From positions 62,001 to 115,272 of the forward strand of contig CAUYUJ010000331.1 in assembly GCA_963575745.1 (NCBI GenBank): DNA of 53,272 bases. The letters are read 5' to 3'. The notes under the pieces are model-generated. The model had not been told where the DNA came from, ran no database searches, and saw nothing but the letters and a program-made list of their open reading frames with translations. Position 1 is the stretch's first letter; each line of letters begins with the position of its first letter. This document shows, in pieces, positions 30,156-43,900 of the stretch. Made by a program: the position numbers and the translations under genes. The DNA is from Prorocentrum cordatum. Lineage: Eukaryota.

Positions 30156-32400
30156 TCACGGTTCTGTGGTTTCCAGGCAAAAGAGCTTCCCTCAAGTCTT
30201 TCGATAGGAATACTGCAGCTACCGACCTGTAAACTCGCGCCGGCGGTGAACCGTCAACCTGGTCACCGCCGGGAACCTCGTAGAGCTCCTTGCATCCGTG
30301 AGAAAGCTCAGGATCAAAGGGAAAGCTTCTGGGAGCTTTTCTACAAAAGCTTGAAGTTGAGATTTTTTGGAGTCAACATGAAGTCGGTTCCTCCAAGTGA
30401 ACTGGTACTGAAAATGGCTCTAGATGGCTCAGCTGCTCAGGGAACAAAAGTTAAATGCCAATGCTCTGAGTAAAAATCTGCTTGCTCAAAATGAATTGTC
30501 AAAAATCTTGCAACAAATTGCAAAAACCAAAAGTTATCACTTTATCCTTTCTGGCCGGGTCGACCAACTGGCGCCGGCGGTGAACCGTCAAGCTGGTCAC
30601 CGCCGGGAACCTCGTAGTGCTCCTTTCACGCGTAAGAGTGCTCAGAGTCGGAAGGGAGAGCTTCTCGAAGCATTTCTCGGAAAACGGAAAAATTGATTTC
30701 TTTCGTGTCGACATAAAGATAGTTGCTCCAAGTGTTCTGGTAATAAAAATGCGCCTACAGAGCTCATACTAAGACAGCGAGGCCCTCATAGTCGTTTACA
30801 GGTGCGAAAAATCTGCTCTCAAAATGAATCGTCAAATATCTTTCAAAAAATTGCAAAAGCACCCAAAAGTTATCACTTTGTCCTTTCTGGCCGGATCGAC
30901 CAACTGGGCGCCGGCGGTAAACCGTCAACCTTTCTTACCGCCGGGGGACTCGTAGAGCTTCCTGACAGTATATAGTGTGGAAAAAAATCCAGAGAACGAC
31001 TAGTTTTCAGCCCAAGCGATTTCAGACCTCTCAAGATGACTCTAACAAAAAAACAACCGAGTATCAGACCGAGTTCAGACCTCTCAATGCGACAGGCGGA
31101 CGCGTCTGATGTCTGCGAATCGACTCATGTGATTACCAGCCCTGCAGCCCCCCTACAGCCCGAGTTAAGTGCAGAAAACCGACAGCATCTCTCAGGATGA
31201 CTCGAATACAATAATTTCGCGGACCTGTTTCGAGCAGCAGACCAAGTTCTGAGCTCTCGAATCGACCAACGAACGCGTCTGATGTGTGCAAATCGATTTC
31301 TATGACCCGCAGCACTGTAGCCCTCTCCCAGAACGAGTTGAGTGCAGAAAATTGAGAGCACTATTCACGATGATTCGGACAATACGAATAGTTTCGCGAA
31401 CCTAGCTCGGGCAGCAGGCCGAGTTCAGAGCTCTCGATACAACAGACAAACGCGCCCGATAATTCCCAATCCATTTCTGTGACTATAGGCTCTGTAGCTG
31501 CCCTACAGCTCGAGTTAAGTACAGAAAACCGAGAGCGCTTGTCAAGATGACTCGAATAATACGAATAGATTTGCGGACCTAGCTCGGCTAGCAGACCGAG
31601 TTCAGACCTCTAGAGTCAAGACGCGAACGCGCCTGATGATTCTAATGCGATGGATGTGCTTACCAGCTCTTTAGCTGCCCTGCAGCTCGAATTAAGTACA
31701 AAATACCCACCACGCGTATCAAGTTGACTCGATAATACGAATAGGTTTGCGAACCTAGCTCGGCTAGCAGACCGAGTCCAGACCTATGGATTCAACAGGC
31801 GAACGCGCCTGATAATTCTGAGTGCGATAGGTGTGCTTACCAGCACTGTAGCTGCCCTACAGCTCGAGATACCGACAACGCGTATGAAGTTGACTCGAAT
31901 AATACGAATAGGTTTGCGGACCTAGCTCGGTTAGCAGACCGAGTTCAGACCTATGGATTCAACAGGCGAACGCGCCTGATGATTCCGAGTGCGATAGTTG
32001 TGCTTAACAGCACTGTAGCTGCCCTACAGCTCGAGTTAAGTAGAAAATACCGACAACGCGTATCGAGATGACTAGAAACGGCCGATCCCGCCAGTGTGCT
32101 TTTTGGCAGTAAAAGGTACCCGATCGAGCTGAGATCAAGATGGCGAGCGGAAATAAGATCGAATATCACGGGAAAAAATACTAGAGCACAAACGAATTGT
32201 TGAATTTCGAGAACAAAATTTTCAACCGACCAAAAGTTGTGAAAAGTTCAGTTCTTTTTTTTCGAGCCAACTAGCTCTCCAGCGCGCCGGAATTACTCTT
32301 AAGCTTCCAGCAACTAGCTTAGGGAAGCTCTACGAGTCACTAGCTCCACCCCGCGCCGGAATTCCTCTAGCTCATCGATAACGAAGAGCTCTACGAAGTA

Positions 32401-32797
32401 CTGGCCCCGGCAGTGAACCGTCAACCTGGTCACCGCCGGAACCTCGTAGAGCTCCTTGCATTCGTGAGAAAGCTCAGGATCAAAGCGAGAGCTTCTGGGA
32501 GCTTTTCTACAAAAACTTCAAGTTGAGATTTTTCGGAGTCAACCTGAAGTCGGTTGCTCCAAGTGAACTGGTACTAAAAATTGCTCTAGAGGGCTGAGCT
32601 GCTCTGGGAACAAAGTTTATATGTTAATGCTCGGAGTAAAAATCCGCTTTCTCCAAATGAATTGTCAAATATCCTTCAATTTTTCGCAAAACCACCCAAA
32701 AGTTACCACTTTGTCCTTTCTGGCCGGGTCGGCCAACTAGCTCCACCCCGCGCCGGAATTCCTCTAGCTCATCGATGCCGAAGAGCTCTACGAGGCA
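32401..32797 (-). mobile_element. Complete 397-bp S2 element
   Basis: Hairpin end, inverted repeat CCTCGTAGAGCTC / GAGCTCTACGAGG and terminal A on the + strand. Confidence 0.82.
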
Positions 32798-34061
32798 CTG
32801 GGCGCCGGCGGTAAACCGTCAACCTTTCTTACCGCCGGGGGACTCGTAGAGCTTCCTGACAACATATAATGTCGAAAGAAATTACACAGGAAAAATAGTT
32901 TTTCAGCCCAGGCAATTTGAGACCTCTCGGATACAACAGCCGAACGGCCCCGATGCTTCTAGATTGTCTTCTGCACGAGCTCTATAGCTCTCCTAGAGCC
33001 CGAGTTACGTGCGTAAATCAACAGCACCTCCCAAGATGACTCGAACAATACAAATAGTTTGGCAAACCTAGTTCGAGTATCAGACCGAGTTCAGATCTCT
33101 GCATGCGACAGGCGGACGCGTCTGATGTCTCTGAATCGATCCCTGTGATTGCCAGCCCTGCAGCCCCCCTGCTGCCGAGTTAAGTGCTGGAAACCGACAG
33201 CACCTCTCAGGATGACTCGAACAATACGAATAGTTTCGCGGACCTAGTTCGGGCAACAGATCGAGTTCAGAGCTCTGGATTCCGCAGGCGAACGCGCCTG
33301 ATGTCTCCGAATCGATTCCAGTGATTACCAGCCATGCAGCCCCCCTACAGCCCGAGTTCAGTGCAGAGAACCGACAGTATCTCGCAAGCGACTCAAACAA
33401 TACGAATAATCTCGCAGTTCTAGATCGGGCAGCAGACCGAGTTCAGAGCTCTGGAGTGATCAGACAACGGCCACTGATGATTCCGAATCGGATTCTGTAC
33501 GTATCAGCTATGCATATGTCCTGCAGCTCGAGTTAAGTACAGAAAACCGAGAGCGTCTGTCAAGATGACTCGAGTAATACGAATAGGTTTGCGCACCTAG
33601 CTCGGCTAGCAGACCGAGTTCAGACCTCTAGGTTCGACAGGCGAACGCGCCTGATCATTCTGCATCGATTAGCTGTGCTCACCAGCTCTGTAGCTGTCCT
33701 GAACCTCGAGTTATCTTGATAAAACCGACAGCGCATATCAAGATGACTCGAAACGGCCGATCCCGCCTGCCTGCTTTTTGGCAGTAAAAGGTACCCGATC
33801 GAGCTGAGATCAAGATGGCGAGCGAAAATAAGATCGAATATAACGGGAAAAAATACTAGAGCTCTAACGAATTGTTGAATTTCGAAAACAAAATTTTCAA
33901 CCGACCAAAAAACACCAAAAGGTCCGTCGAGATTTTTCTTGCCAACTAGCTCTCCAGCGCCCCGGAACTTGTAAGCGTCCAAAACCCGGATCGCGAAGCC
34001 AGGCGCGGAGCGCGAAGCGCTCCAAAACGCCGCACGGGGACCTCTGCCGTGCCGCTTGAAA

Positions 34062-34456
34062 CTGGCGCCGGCGGTGAACCGTCAACATGTCACCGCCGGG
34101 AACCTCGTAGAGCTCATTTCACACGTAAGAATGCTCGGAGTCGAAAGAGAGAGCTTCTGGAAGCATTTCTCGAAAAAAAAAAAGTTTTTTTTTCGTGTCG
34201 ACATGAAGATGGTTCCGCCAAGTGTTTTGATAGTAAAAGTACGCCTACAGAGCTCATACTAAGACAGAGAGGCCCTCATAGTCGCTTATAGGTGCGAAAA
34301 ATCTTCTTTCTCAAAATGAATTGTCAAATATCTTTCAAAAAATTGCAAAACTACCCAAAAGTTATCACTTTGTCCTTTCTGGCCGGCTCGACCAACTAGC
34401 TCCACCCCGCGCCGGAATTCCTCTAGCTCATCGATGCCGAAGAGCTCTACGAGGTA
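34062..34456 (-). mobile_element. Complete 395-bp S1 element inserted into a U element
   Basis: Flanks GCCGCTTGAAA | CGATGCGCGG rejoin to match the uninterrupted U copy (GCCGCCTGAGACGATGCGCGG at ~37551-37571). Confidence 0.85.
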
Positions 34457-37400
34457 CGATGCGCGGGACGCTGGAAACCTCGCAGGGGACGCTTGCAGGG
34501 GCGCCGTTTACGATGCGTTGGGCCCTGCAAAGCGCACAAGGAAGATCTGCCTAGGAGCCTGGAAGAACTGGCGCCGGCGGTGAACCGTCAACCTGGTCAT
34601 CGCCGGGACCCTCGTAGAGCTCCTTGCATCCGTGAGAGAGCTCAGAATCAAAGCGAGAGCTTCTGGGAGCTTTTCTACCAAAACTTGAAGTTGAGATTTT
34701 TTCGGAGTCAACGTGAAGTCGATTGCTCCAAGTAAACTGATACTGAAAATGGCTCTAGAGGGCTGAGCTGCTCAGAGAACAAATTTTATATATCAATGCT
34801 CGGAGTAAAAATCTGCTTTCTCAAAATGAATTGTCAAATATCTTTGAAATCTTAGCAAAACCGACCAAAAGTTACCACTTTGTCCTTTCTGGCCGGGTCG
34901 GCCAATGGCGCCAGCGGTAAACCGTCAACCTGGTCACCGCCGGGAACCTCGTAGAGCTCATTTCACGCGTAAGAGTGCTGAGTGTCGAAAGAGAGAGCTT
35001 CTGGAGGCATTTCTCCAAAAAGAGAAAAAATGTTTTTTTTCGTATCGAAATAAAGATGGTTCCGCCAAGTGTTTCGATAGTAAAAGTGCACCTACAGAGC
35101 TCATACTAAGACAGAGAGGCCCTCATAGTCGTTTACAGGTGCGAAAAATCTGCTTTCTCAAAATGAATTGTCAAATATCTTTCAAATATTTGCAAAACCA
35201 CCCAAAACTGGGCGCCGGCGGTAAACCGTCAACCTTTGTTACCGCCGGGGGACTCGTAGAGACAACATATAATGTCAAAAAAATTACACAGAAAACTATT
35301 TTTTCGGCGATGACGAAAAATACGAATAGTTTTGCAAACCTAGCTCGAGTATGAGACCGTTCAGACCTCTGCATGCGACCGGCAGACGCGTCTATTGTCT
35401 CTGAATCGATTCCTGTGATTACAAGCCTAACAGCCCCCCTACAGCCCGAGTTAAGTGCAGGAAACCGACAGCACCTCTCAGGATGACTCGAACAATACGG
35501 ATAGTTTCGCGAAGCTAGTTCGAGCAGCAGACAGAGTTCGGAGCTCGGGATTCGAAAGGCTGGCGCGCCTGGTGTCTCCGAATCGATTCCAGTGGTTACC
35601 AGCCATGCAGCCCCCCTACAGCCCGAGTTAAGTGCAGAGAACCGACAGCATCTCTCAAGATGACTCGAACAATACGAATATGTTCTACGATTCTAGATCG
35701 GGCAGCATATCGAGTTTAGAGCTCTGGATTCAGACAACGGCCAATAATGATTCTGAATCAGATTATGTACGCATCAGCTCTGTAGCTGTCCTGTAGCTCG
35801 AGATAAGTACAGAAAACCGAGAGCGCATGTCAAAATGACGCGACTACTACGAATAGGTTTGCGGACCTAGCTCGGCTAGCAGACCGAATTCAGACCTCTG
35901 GCTTTGACAAACAAACGCGCCTAATGATTCTGGATCGATTAGCTGTGCTTACCAGCTCTGTAGCTTCCTAAAGCTCGAGTTATCTTGAGAAAACCGACAA
36001 CGCGTATCAAAATGACTCAAAACGTAGTAATATTCACCCGATCGAGCTGAGATCGAGATGGCGAGCGGGAATAAGATCGAATATCACGGGACAAAATACT
36101 AGAGCTATAACGAATTGTCAAATGCCGAGAACATAATTTTCAACCGAGCAAAAGTTGTCAAAAGTTCCGTCGAGATTTTTCGAGCCAACTGGGCGCCGGC
36201 GGTAGACCGTCAACCTTTCTTACCGCCGGGGGACTCGTAGAGCTTCCTGGAAAATATATAGTGTGGAAAAAACTGCAAAGGACGACTAGTTTTTCAGCCC
36301 AAGCGATTTCAGACCTCTCAAGATTGTTCTCACCCAAAAAACAAACAGTTTTGCAACCCAGTTCGTGTATCGAACCCAGGCGGGCGCGTCTGATATCTGC
36401 GAATCCACTCGTGTGATTCCCAACCCTGCAGCTCCCCTACAGCCCGAGTTTAGTGTAGAAAACCAACAGTATCGACTCGAATAATAGAATAGTTGTTTCG
36501 GACCTAGTTCGAGCAGCAGACCGAATTTCGAGCTCTGGAATCGACCAACAGACGCGCCTGATCTGTGCAAATCGATATCTGTGACACGCAGCACTGTAGC
36601 CATCCCCCGGAGCAGTTGAGTGCAGAAACTTGAGAGCACTTCTCAAGATGATTCGAACAATACGAATAGTTTCGCGAACCTAGCTCGGGCAGCAGGCCGA
36701 GTTCGGAGCTCTCGGTTCAATAGACACACGCGACTGATGATTCCCCATCGATGTCTGTGACAATGAGCCCTGTAGTTGCCGTACAGCTCGAGTTAAGTAC
36801 AGAAAACCGAGAGCGTCTGTCAAGATGACTCGAATAATACGAATAAGATTGTGGACCTAGCTCGGCTAGTAGACCGAGTTCAGACCTCTGGATTTGACAG
36901 ACGAACGCGTCTGATAATTCAGAATGCGATAGGCGTGCTTACCAGCCCTGCCCTACAGCACGAGTTAAGTACAGAAAACCGAGAGTGCATGTCAAGATCA
37001 CTCGAGTAATACAAATGGGTTTGCGAACCTAGCTCGGCTAGCAGACGAGTTCAGACCTCTGGGTTCAACCGGCGAACGCGCCAAATAATTCTGAATGCGA
37101 TACGCGTGCTTACCAGCTCTGTGACTGCCCTAGAGCTCGTGTTAAGTACAAAAATACCGACAACGCGTGACAAGATGACTCGAAACGGTCGATCCCGCCG
37201 GGACGCTTTTCGGCCTTCAAAGTTACCCGATCGAGCTAAGATCAAGATGGCGAGCGGGAATAAGATCGAATATGAAACCAAATTTTCAACCGACCAAAAG
37301 TCAGCAAAAGGTCCGTCGAGATTTCCCTTGCCAACTAGCTCTCCAGCGCTCCGGAATTACTCTTAAGCTTCCAGCAATAACCTGCTGATGAAAGCTCTAC

Positions 37401-40400
37401 GAGTTACTAGCTCTGGGGCGCGCCGGAATTACTCTTAGCTTCCAGCAATACCTTGCTAAGGAAAGCTCTACGAGGTAGTTATCACTTGTAAGCGTCCAAA
37501 ACCCGGATGGCAAAGCCAAGCACGAAACGCCGCACGGGAATCTCTGCCAGGCCGCCTGAGACGATGCGCGGCAGGCTGGAAACCTCGCAGGAGACGCTTC
37601 CAGAGGGCGCCGTTTACGATGCGAAGCTCTGCCGAAGCGCTTCCCGCACCCTAGAGGCACGCGTATTGGGAAACGCCAGGAAGCCACGCTCCCGGACCCG
37701 ATGCCGGTTCCGGCAACCTGCTGCGGGGATCGTGGACCGGCGGAGATGGGCGTCTGCTCCTCACCACCCACCGCCAGCTTCTTTTCTGAAACCCTGAGCT
37801 CTCGAAAGGTTCTATCCGGGAACTTTCTCCTTTCTGGCCGGGTCGACCAACTAGCTCCACCCCGCGCCGGAATTCCTCTAGCTCATCGATGCCGAAGAGC
37901 TCTACGAGGTACGATGCGCGGGACGCTGGAAACCTCGCAGGGGACGCTTGCAGGGGCGCCGTTTACGATGCGTTGGGCCCTGCAAAGCGCACAAGGAAGA
38001 TCTGCCTAGGAGCCTGGAAGAACTGGCGCCGGCGGTGAACCGTCAACCTGGTCATCGCCGGGACCCTCGTAGAGCTCCTTGCATCCGTGAGAGAGCTCAG
38101 AATCAAAGCGAGAGCTTCTGGGAGCTTTTCTACCAAAACTTGAAGTTGAGATTTTTTCGGAGTCAACGTGAAGTCGATTGCTCCAAGTAAACTGATACTG
38201 AAAATGGCTCTAGAGGGCTGAGCTGCTCAGAGAACAAATTTTATATATCAATGCTCGGAGTAAAAATCTGCTTTCTCAAAATGAATTGTCACATATCTTT
38301 GAAATCTTAGCAAAACCGACCAAAAGTTACCACTTTGTCCTTTCTGGCCGGGTCGGCCAATGGCGCCAGCGGTAAACCGTCAACCTGGTCACCGCCGGGA
38401 ACCTCGTAGAGCTCATTTCACGCGTAAGAGTGCTGAGTGTCGAAAGAGAGAGCTTCTGGAGGCATTTCTCCAAAAAGAGAAAAAATGTTTTTTTTCGTAT
38501 CGAAATAAAGATGGTTCCGCCAAGTGTTTCGATAGTAAAAGTGCACCTACAGAGCTCATACTAAGACAGAGAGGCCCTCATAGTCGTTTACAGGTGCGAA
38601 AAATATGCTTTCTCAAAATGAATTGTCAAATATCTTCAAATATTGCAAAAACCACCAAAAATGGGCGCCGGCGGTAAACCGTCAACCTTTGTTACCGCCG
38701 GGGGACTCGTAGAGACAACATATAATGTCAAAAAAATTACACAGAAAACTATTTTTTCGGCGATGACGAAAAATACGAATAGTTTTGCAAACCTAGCTCG
38801 AGTATGAGACCGTTCAGACCTCTGCATGCGACCGGCAGACGCGTCTATTGTCTCTGAATCGATTCCTGTGATTACAAGCCTAACAGCCCCCCTACAGCCC
38901 GAGTAAAGTGCAGGAAACCGACAGCACCTCTCAGGATGACTCGAACAATACGGATAGTTTCGCGACGAAGATAGTTCGAGCAGAAGACAGGACAGCAGAG
39001 TCGGAGCTCGGGATTTCGAAAGGCTGGGCGCCTGGTGTCTTCTGAATCGATTCCAGCGATTACCAGCCATGCAGCCCCCCACAGCCCGAGTTGAGCGCAG
39101 AGAACCGACAGCATCTCTCAAGATGACTCGAACAATACGAATAGTTTCGCGATTCTAGATCGGGCAGCAGATCGAGTTCAGAGCTCTGGATTCAACAGAC
39201 AACGGCCACTGATGATTCTGAATCAGATTCTGTACGTATCAGCTCTGTAGCTGTCCTGTAGCTCGAGATAAGTACAGAAAACCGAGAGTGTCTGTCAAGA
39301 CGACTCGAATAATACGAATAGGTTTGCGGACCTAGCTCGGCTAGCAGACCGAGTTCAGACCTCTGGATTCAACAGGCAAACGCGCCTGATGATTCTGAGT
39401 GCGATAGCTGTGCTTACCAGCTCTGTAGCTGCCCTACAGCTCGAGTTAAGTACAAAATACCGACAACGCGTATCAAAATGACTCAAACGATAGTAATATT
39501 CACCCGATCGAGCTGAGATCGAGATGGCGAGCGGGAATAAGATCGAATATCACGGGACAAAATACTAGAGCTATAACGAATTGTCAAATGCCGAGAACAT
39601 AATTTTCAACCGAGCAAAAGTTGTCAAAAGTTCCGTCGAGATTTTTCGAGCCAACTGGGCGCCGGCGGTAAACCGTCAACCTTTCTTACCGCCGGGGGAC
39701 TCGTAGAGCTTCCTGAAAAATATATAGTGTGGAAAAAACTGCAAAGGACGACTAGTTTTTCAGCCCAAGCGATTTCAGACCTCTCAAGATTGTTCTCACC
39801 CAAAAAACAAACAGTTTTGCAACCCAGTTCGTGTATCGAACCCAGGCGGGCGCGTCTGATATCTGCAAATCCACTCGTGTGATTCCCAGCCCTGCAGCTC
39901 CCCTACAGCCCGAGTTTAGTGTAGAAAACCAACAGTATCGACTCGAATAATAGAATAGTTGTTTCGGACCTAGTTCGAGCAGCAGACCGAATTTCGAGCT
40001 CTGGAATCGACCAACAGACGCGCCTGATGTGTGCAAATCGATATCTGTGACCCGTAGCACTGTAGCCCTCCCCCAGCAGGAGTTGAGTGCAGAAACTTGA
40101 GAGCACTTCTCAAGATGATTCGAACAATACGAATAGTTTTGCCAACCTAGCTCGAGCAGCAGGCCGAGTTCAGAGCTCTCGGTTCAATAGACACACGCGA
40201 CTGATCATTCCCCATCGATGTCTGTGACAATGAGCCCTGTAGCTGCCCTACAGCTCGAGTTAAGTACAGAAAACCGAGAGCGTCTGTCAAGATGACTCGA
40301 ATAATACGAATAAGTTTGCGGACCTAGCTCGGCTAGTAGACCGAGTTCAGACCTCTGGATTTGACAGACGAACGCGTCTGATAATTCTGAATGCGATAGG

Positions 40401-40750
40401 CGTGCTTACCAGCCCTGTAGCTGCCCTACAGCTCGAGTGAAGTACAGAAAACCGAGAGCGTCTGTCAAGACGACTCGAATAATACGAATAGGTTTACGGA
40501 CCTAGCTCGGCTAGCAGACCGAGTTCAGACCTCTGGATTCAACAGGCGAACGCGCCTGATAATTCTGAATGCGATAGGCGTGCTCACCAGCTCTGTAGCT
40601 GCCCTACAGCTCGAGTTAAGAACAAAATACCGACAACGCGTATCAAGATGACTCGAAACGGCCGATCCCGCCGGGACGCTTTTTGGCAGTAAAAGGTACC
40701 CGATCGAGCTGAGATCAAGATGGCGAGCGGGAATAAGATCGAATATCACG
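34372..40750. repeat. ~3.46-kb higher-order duplication (~34372-37300 vs ~37830-40750)
   Basis: Near-identical sequence and junctions. ORF artefacts repeat at offset 3455 (34493/37948, 34905/38360) and 3466 (36286/39752). Confidence 0.85.
37485..37822 (-). mobile_element. Complete 338-bp U element with its own short inverted repeat
   Basis: Flanks GTTATCA | CTTTCTCCTTTCTGGCCGGG rejoin to the S consensus GTTATCACTTTGTCCTTTCTGGCCGGG. CCCGGAT (37502-37508) pairs with ATCCGGG (37814-37820). Confidence 0.75.
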
Positions 40751-40920
40751 GGAAAAATACTAGAGCTCTAACGAATGGTGAATTTCGAGAACAAAATTTT
40801 CAACCGACCAAAAGTCAGCAAAAGGTCCGTCGAGAGTTTTCTTGCCAACTAGCTCTCCAGCGCTCCGGAATTACTCTTAAGCTTCCAGCAATAACTTGCT
40901 AAGGGAAGCTCTACGAGTTA
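39655..40920 (-). mobile_element. Complete 1266-bp L element
   Basis: Hairpin arms 39662-39671 and 39686-39695. Perfect 15-bp inverted repeat ACTCGTAGAGCTTCC (39699-39713) / GGAAGCTCTACGAGT (40904-40918). Internal 178-bp units. Confidence 0.88.
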
Positions 40921-43900
40921 CTGGGCGCCGGCGGTAAACCGTCAACCTTTCTTACCGCCGGGGGACTCGTAGAGCTTCCTGACAGTATATACTGTGGAAA
41001 AAAAAAACTCCAAAGAACGACTAGTTTTGCAGCCCAAGCGATTTCAGACCTCTGAGGATGACTCTAACCAAAAAACAAACAGTTTCGCGACCCAGTTCGA
41101 GCATCGAACCGAGTTCAGACTCTTAATGCGACAGGCGGGCGCGTCTAACGTCTGTGAATCCACTTATGTGATTCCCAGCTCTGCAGCTCCCCTACAGCCC
41201 GAGTTCAGTGCAGAAAACCGACAGTATCGATTCGAATAATAGAATAGTTTTGCGGACGTAGTTCGAGCAGCAGACCGAGTTCTGAGCTGTGGACTCTCCC
41301 AACAGACGCGCCTGATGTGTGCAAATCGATATCTGTGACCCGCAACACTGTAATCCTCCCCCAGCACGAGTTGAGTGCAGAACATTGAGAGCACGTCTCA
41401 AGATGATTCGAACAATACGAATAGTTTCGCAAACCTAGCTCGGGCAGCAGGCCGAGTTCAGAGCTTTCGGTTCAATAGACGAACGCGACTGATCATTTCC
41501 CATCGATGTCTGTGATAATGAGCTCTGTAGCTGCCCTATAGCTCGAGTTAAGTACAGCAAAACGAGAGCGTCTGTCAAGACGACGAATAATACGAATAGG
41601 TTTGCGAACCTAGCTCGGCTAACAGACCGAGTTCAGACTCTCGATTCAACAGGCAAGTGTGCCTGATAATTCTAAATGCGATAGGTGTGCTTAACAGCTC
41701 TGTAGCTGCCCTACAGCTCGAGTGAAGTACAGAAAACCGAGAGCGTCTGTCAAGACGACTCGAATAATACGAATAGGTTTACGGACCTAGCTCGGCTAGC
41801 AGACCGAGTTCAGACCTCTGGATTAAACAGACGAACGCGCCTGATAATTCTGAATGCGATAGGCGTGCTCACCAGCTCTGTAGCTGCCGTACAGCTCGAG
41901 TTAAGAACAATATACCGACAACGCGTATCAAGATGACTCGAAACGGCCGATCCCGCCGGACGCTTTTTGGCAGTAAAAGGTACCCGATCGAGCTGAGATC
42001 AAGATGGCGAGCGGGAATAAGATCGAATATCACGGGAAAAAATACTAGAGCTCTAACGAATGGTCAAATTTCGAGAACAAAATTTTCAACCGACCAAAAG
42101 TCAGCAAAACGTCCGTCGAGATTTTTCTTGCCAACTAGCTCTCCAGCGCTCCGGAATTACTCTTAAGCTTCCAGCAATAACTGGGCGCCGGCGGTAAACC
42201 GTCAACCTTGGTTACCGCCGGGGGACTCGTAGAGCTTCCTAACTCGACTTAAGTTGAGAAAACAGAGAGCACTTACTAATAATCAAACTTATAGTGAATA
42301 GTTTTTTACCTTTCAATGCGAGAGACGGACGCGTCTGATGTCTGCGAATCGACTCCTGTCATTACCAGCCCTGCAGCCCCCCTACAGCCCGAGTTAAGTG
42401 CAGAAAACCGACAGCACCTCTCAGGATGACTCCGACAATAGGAATAGGTTCGCGAACCTAGTTCGGGCAGCAGACAGAGTTCAGAGCTCTGTATTCGACA
42501 GGCGGACGCGCTTGATGTCTTCAAATCGATTTCAGTGATTACCAGCCATGCAGCCCCCCTACAGCCCGAGTTAAGTTCAGATGACCGACAGCATCTCGCA
42601 AGCGACTCGAACAATACGAATAGTTTCGCGATTCTAGATCGGGCAGCAGACCGAGTTCAGAGCTCTGGATTCGAAAGAGAATCGCGATTGATGATTCTCA
42701 ATTCGTGCCTGTAACTATCAGCTCTGTAGCTGTCCTACAGCTCGAGTTAAGTGCAGAAAACCGAGAGTGTCTGTTAAGATTACTCGAATAATACGAACAG
42801 GTTTGCGGACCTAGCTCGGCTAGCAGACCGAGTTCAGACCTCTGGGTTGGACAGACGAACGCGCCTGATCATTCTGCATGCATTAGCTGTGCTTACCAGC
42901 TCTGTAGCTGCTCTAGAGCTCGAGTTATGTTCGGAAAACCGTCAGCGCATATCAAGATGACTCAAAACGGCAGATCCCGCCACAGTGCTTTTTGATAGTA
43001 ATATTCACCCGATCGAGCTGAGTCAAGATGGCGAGCGGGAATAAGATCGAATATCACGGGAAAAAATACTAGAGCTCTAACGAATGGTCAAATTTCGAGA
43101 ACAAAATTTTCAAACGAGCAAAAGTTGTCAAAAGTTCTGTCGAGATTTTTCGAGCCAACTAGCTGTGGGGCGCGCCAGAATTACTCTTAGCTTCCAGCAA
43201 TAACTGGCGCCGACGGTGAGGCGTCAACCTGGTCACCGCCGGGAACCTCGTAGAGCTCATTTCACGCGAAAGAGTGCTCGGAGTCGAAAGAGAGAGCTTC
43301 TGGAAGCATTTCTCGAAAAAGAGAAAAATTGATTTTTTTTCGTGTCGACATGAAGATGGTTGCGCCAAGTCTTTTGATAGTAAACGTACGCCTACAGAGC
43401 TCATACTAAGACGGAGAGGCCCTTATAGTCGTTTACAGGTGCGAAAACTCTGGTTTCTCAAAATGAATTGTCAAATATTTTTCAAAAAATCGCAAAAGCA
43501 CCCAAAAGTTGCCACATTGTCCGCCTCGGCCGGGTGGGCCAACTGGGCGCCGGCGGTAAGCCGTCAACCTTTCTTACCGCCGGGGGACTCGTAGAGCTTC
43601 CTGACAATATATAACGTGGGAAAAAATTTCAGAGAACGACTAGTTTTTCAGCCCAAGCGATTATAGACCTCTCAAGATGACTCTAACAAAACAAACGAAC
43701 AGTTTTCCAATCGAGCTCGAGTATGAAACCGAGTTCAGACCTCTGAATGCGACAGGCGGGCGTGTCGGATGTCTGCGGATCGATTCCTAGGATTACCAGC
43801 TCTGCAGCCCCCCATACAACTTAAGTTAAGTGCAGAAAACCGAGAGTACCTCTCAGGATGACTCGAATAATACAACAGTTTCGCGGATCTCGTTCGAGCA

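Noticed and set aside
32340..32400. Free-standing 61-bp mini-elements and 26-bp tandem repeats (also 44654-44766)
   Set aside because: They are displaced 5' tails of host elements split by nested insertions.
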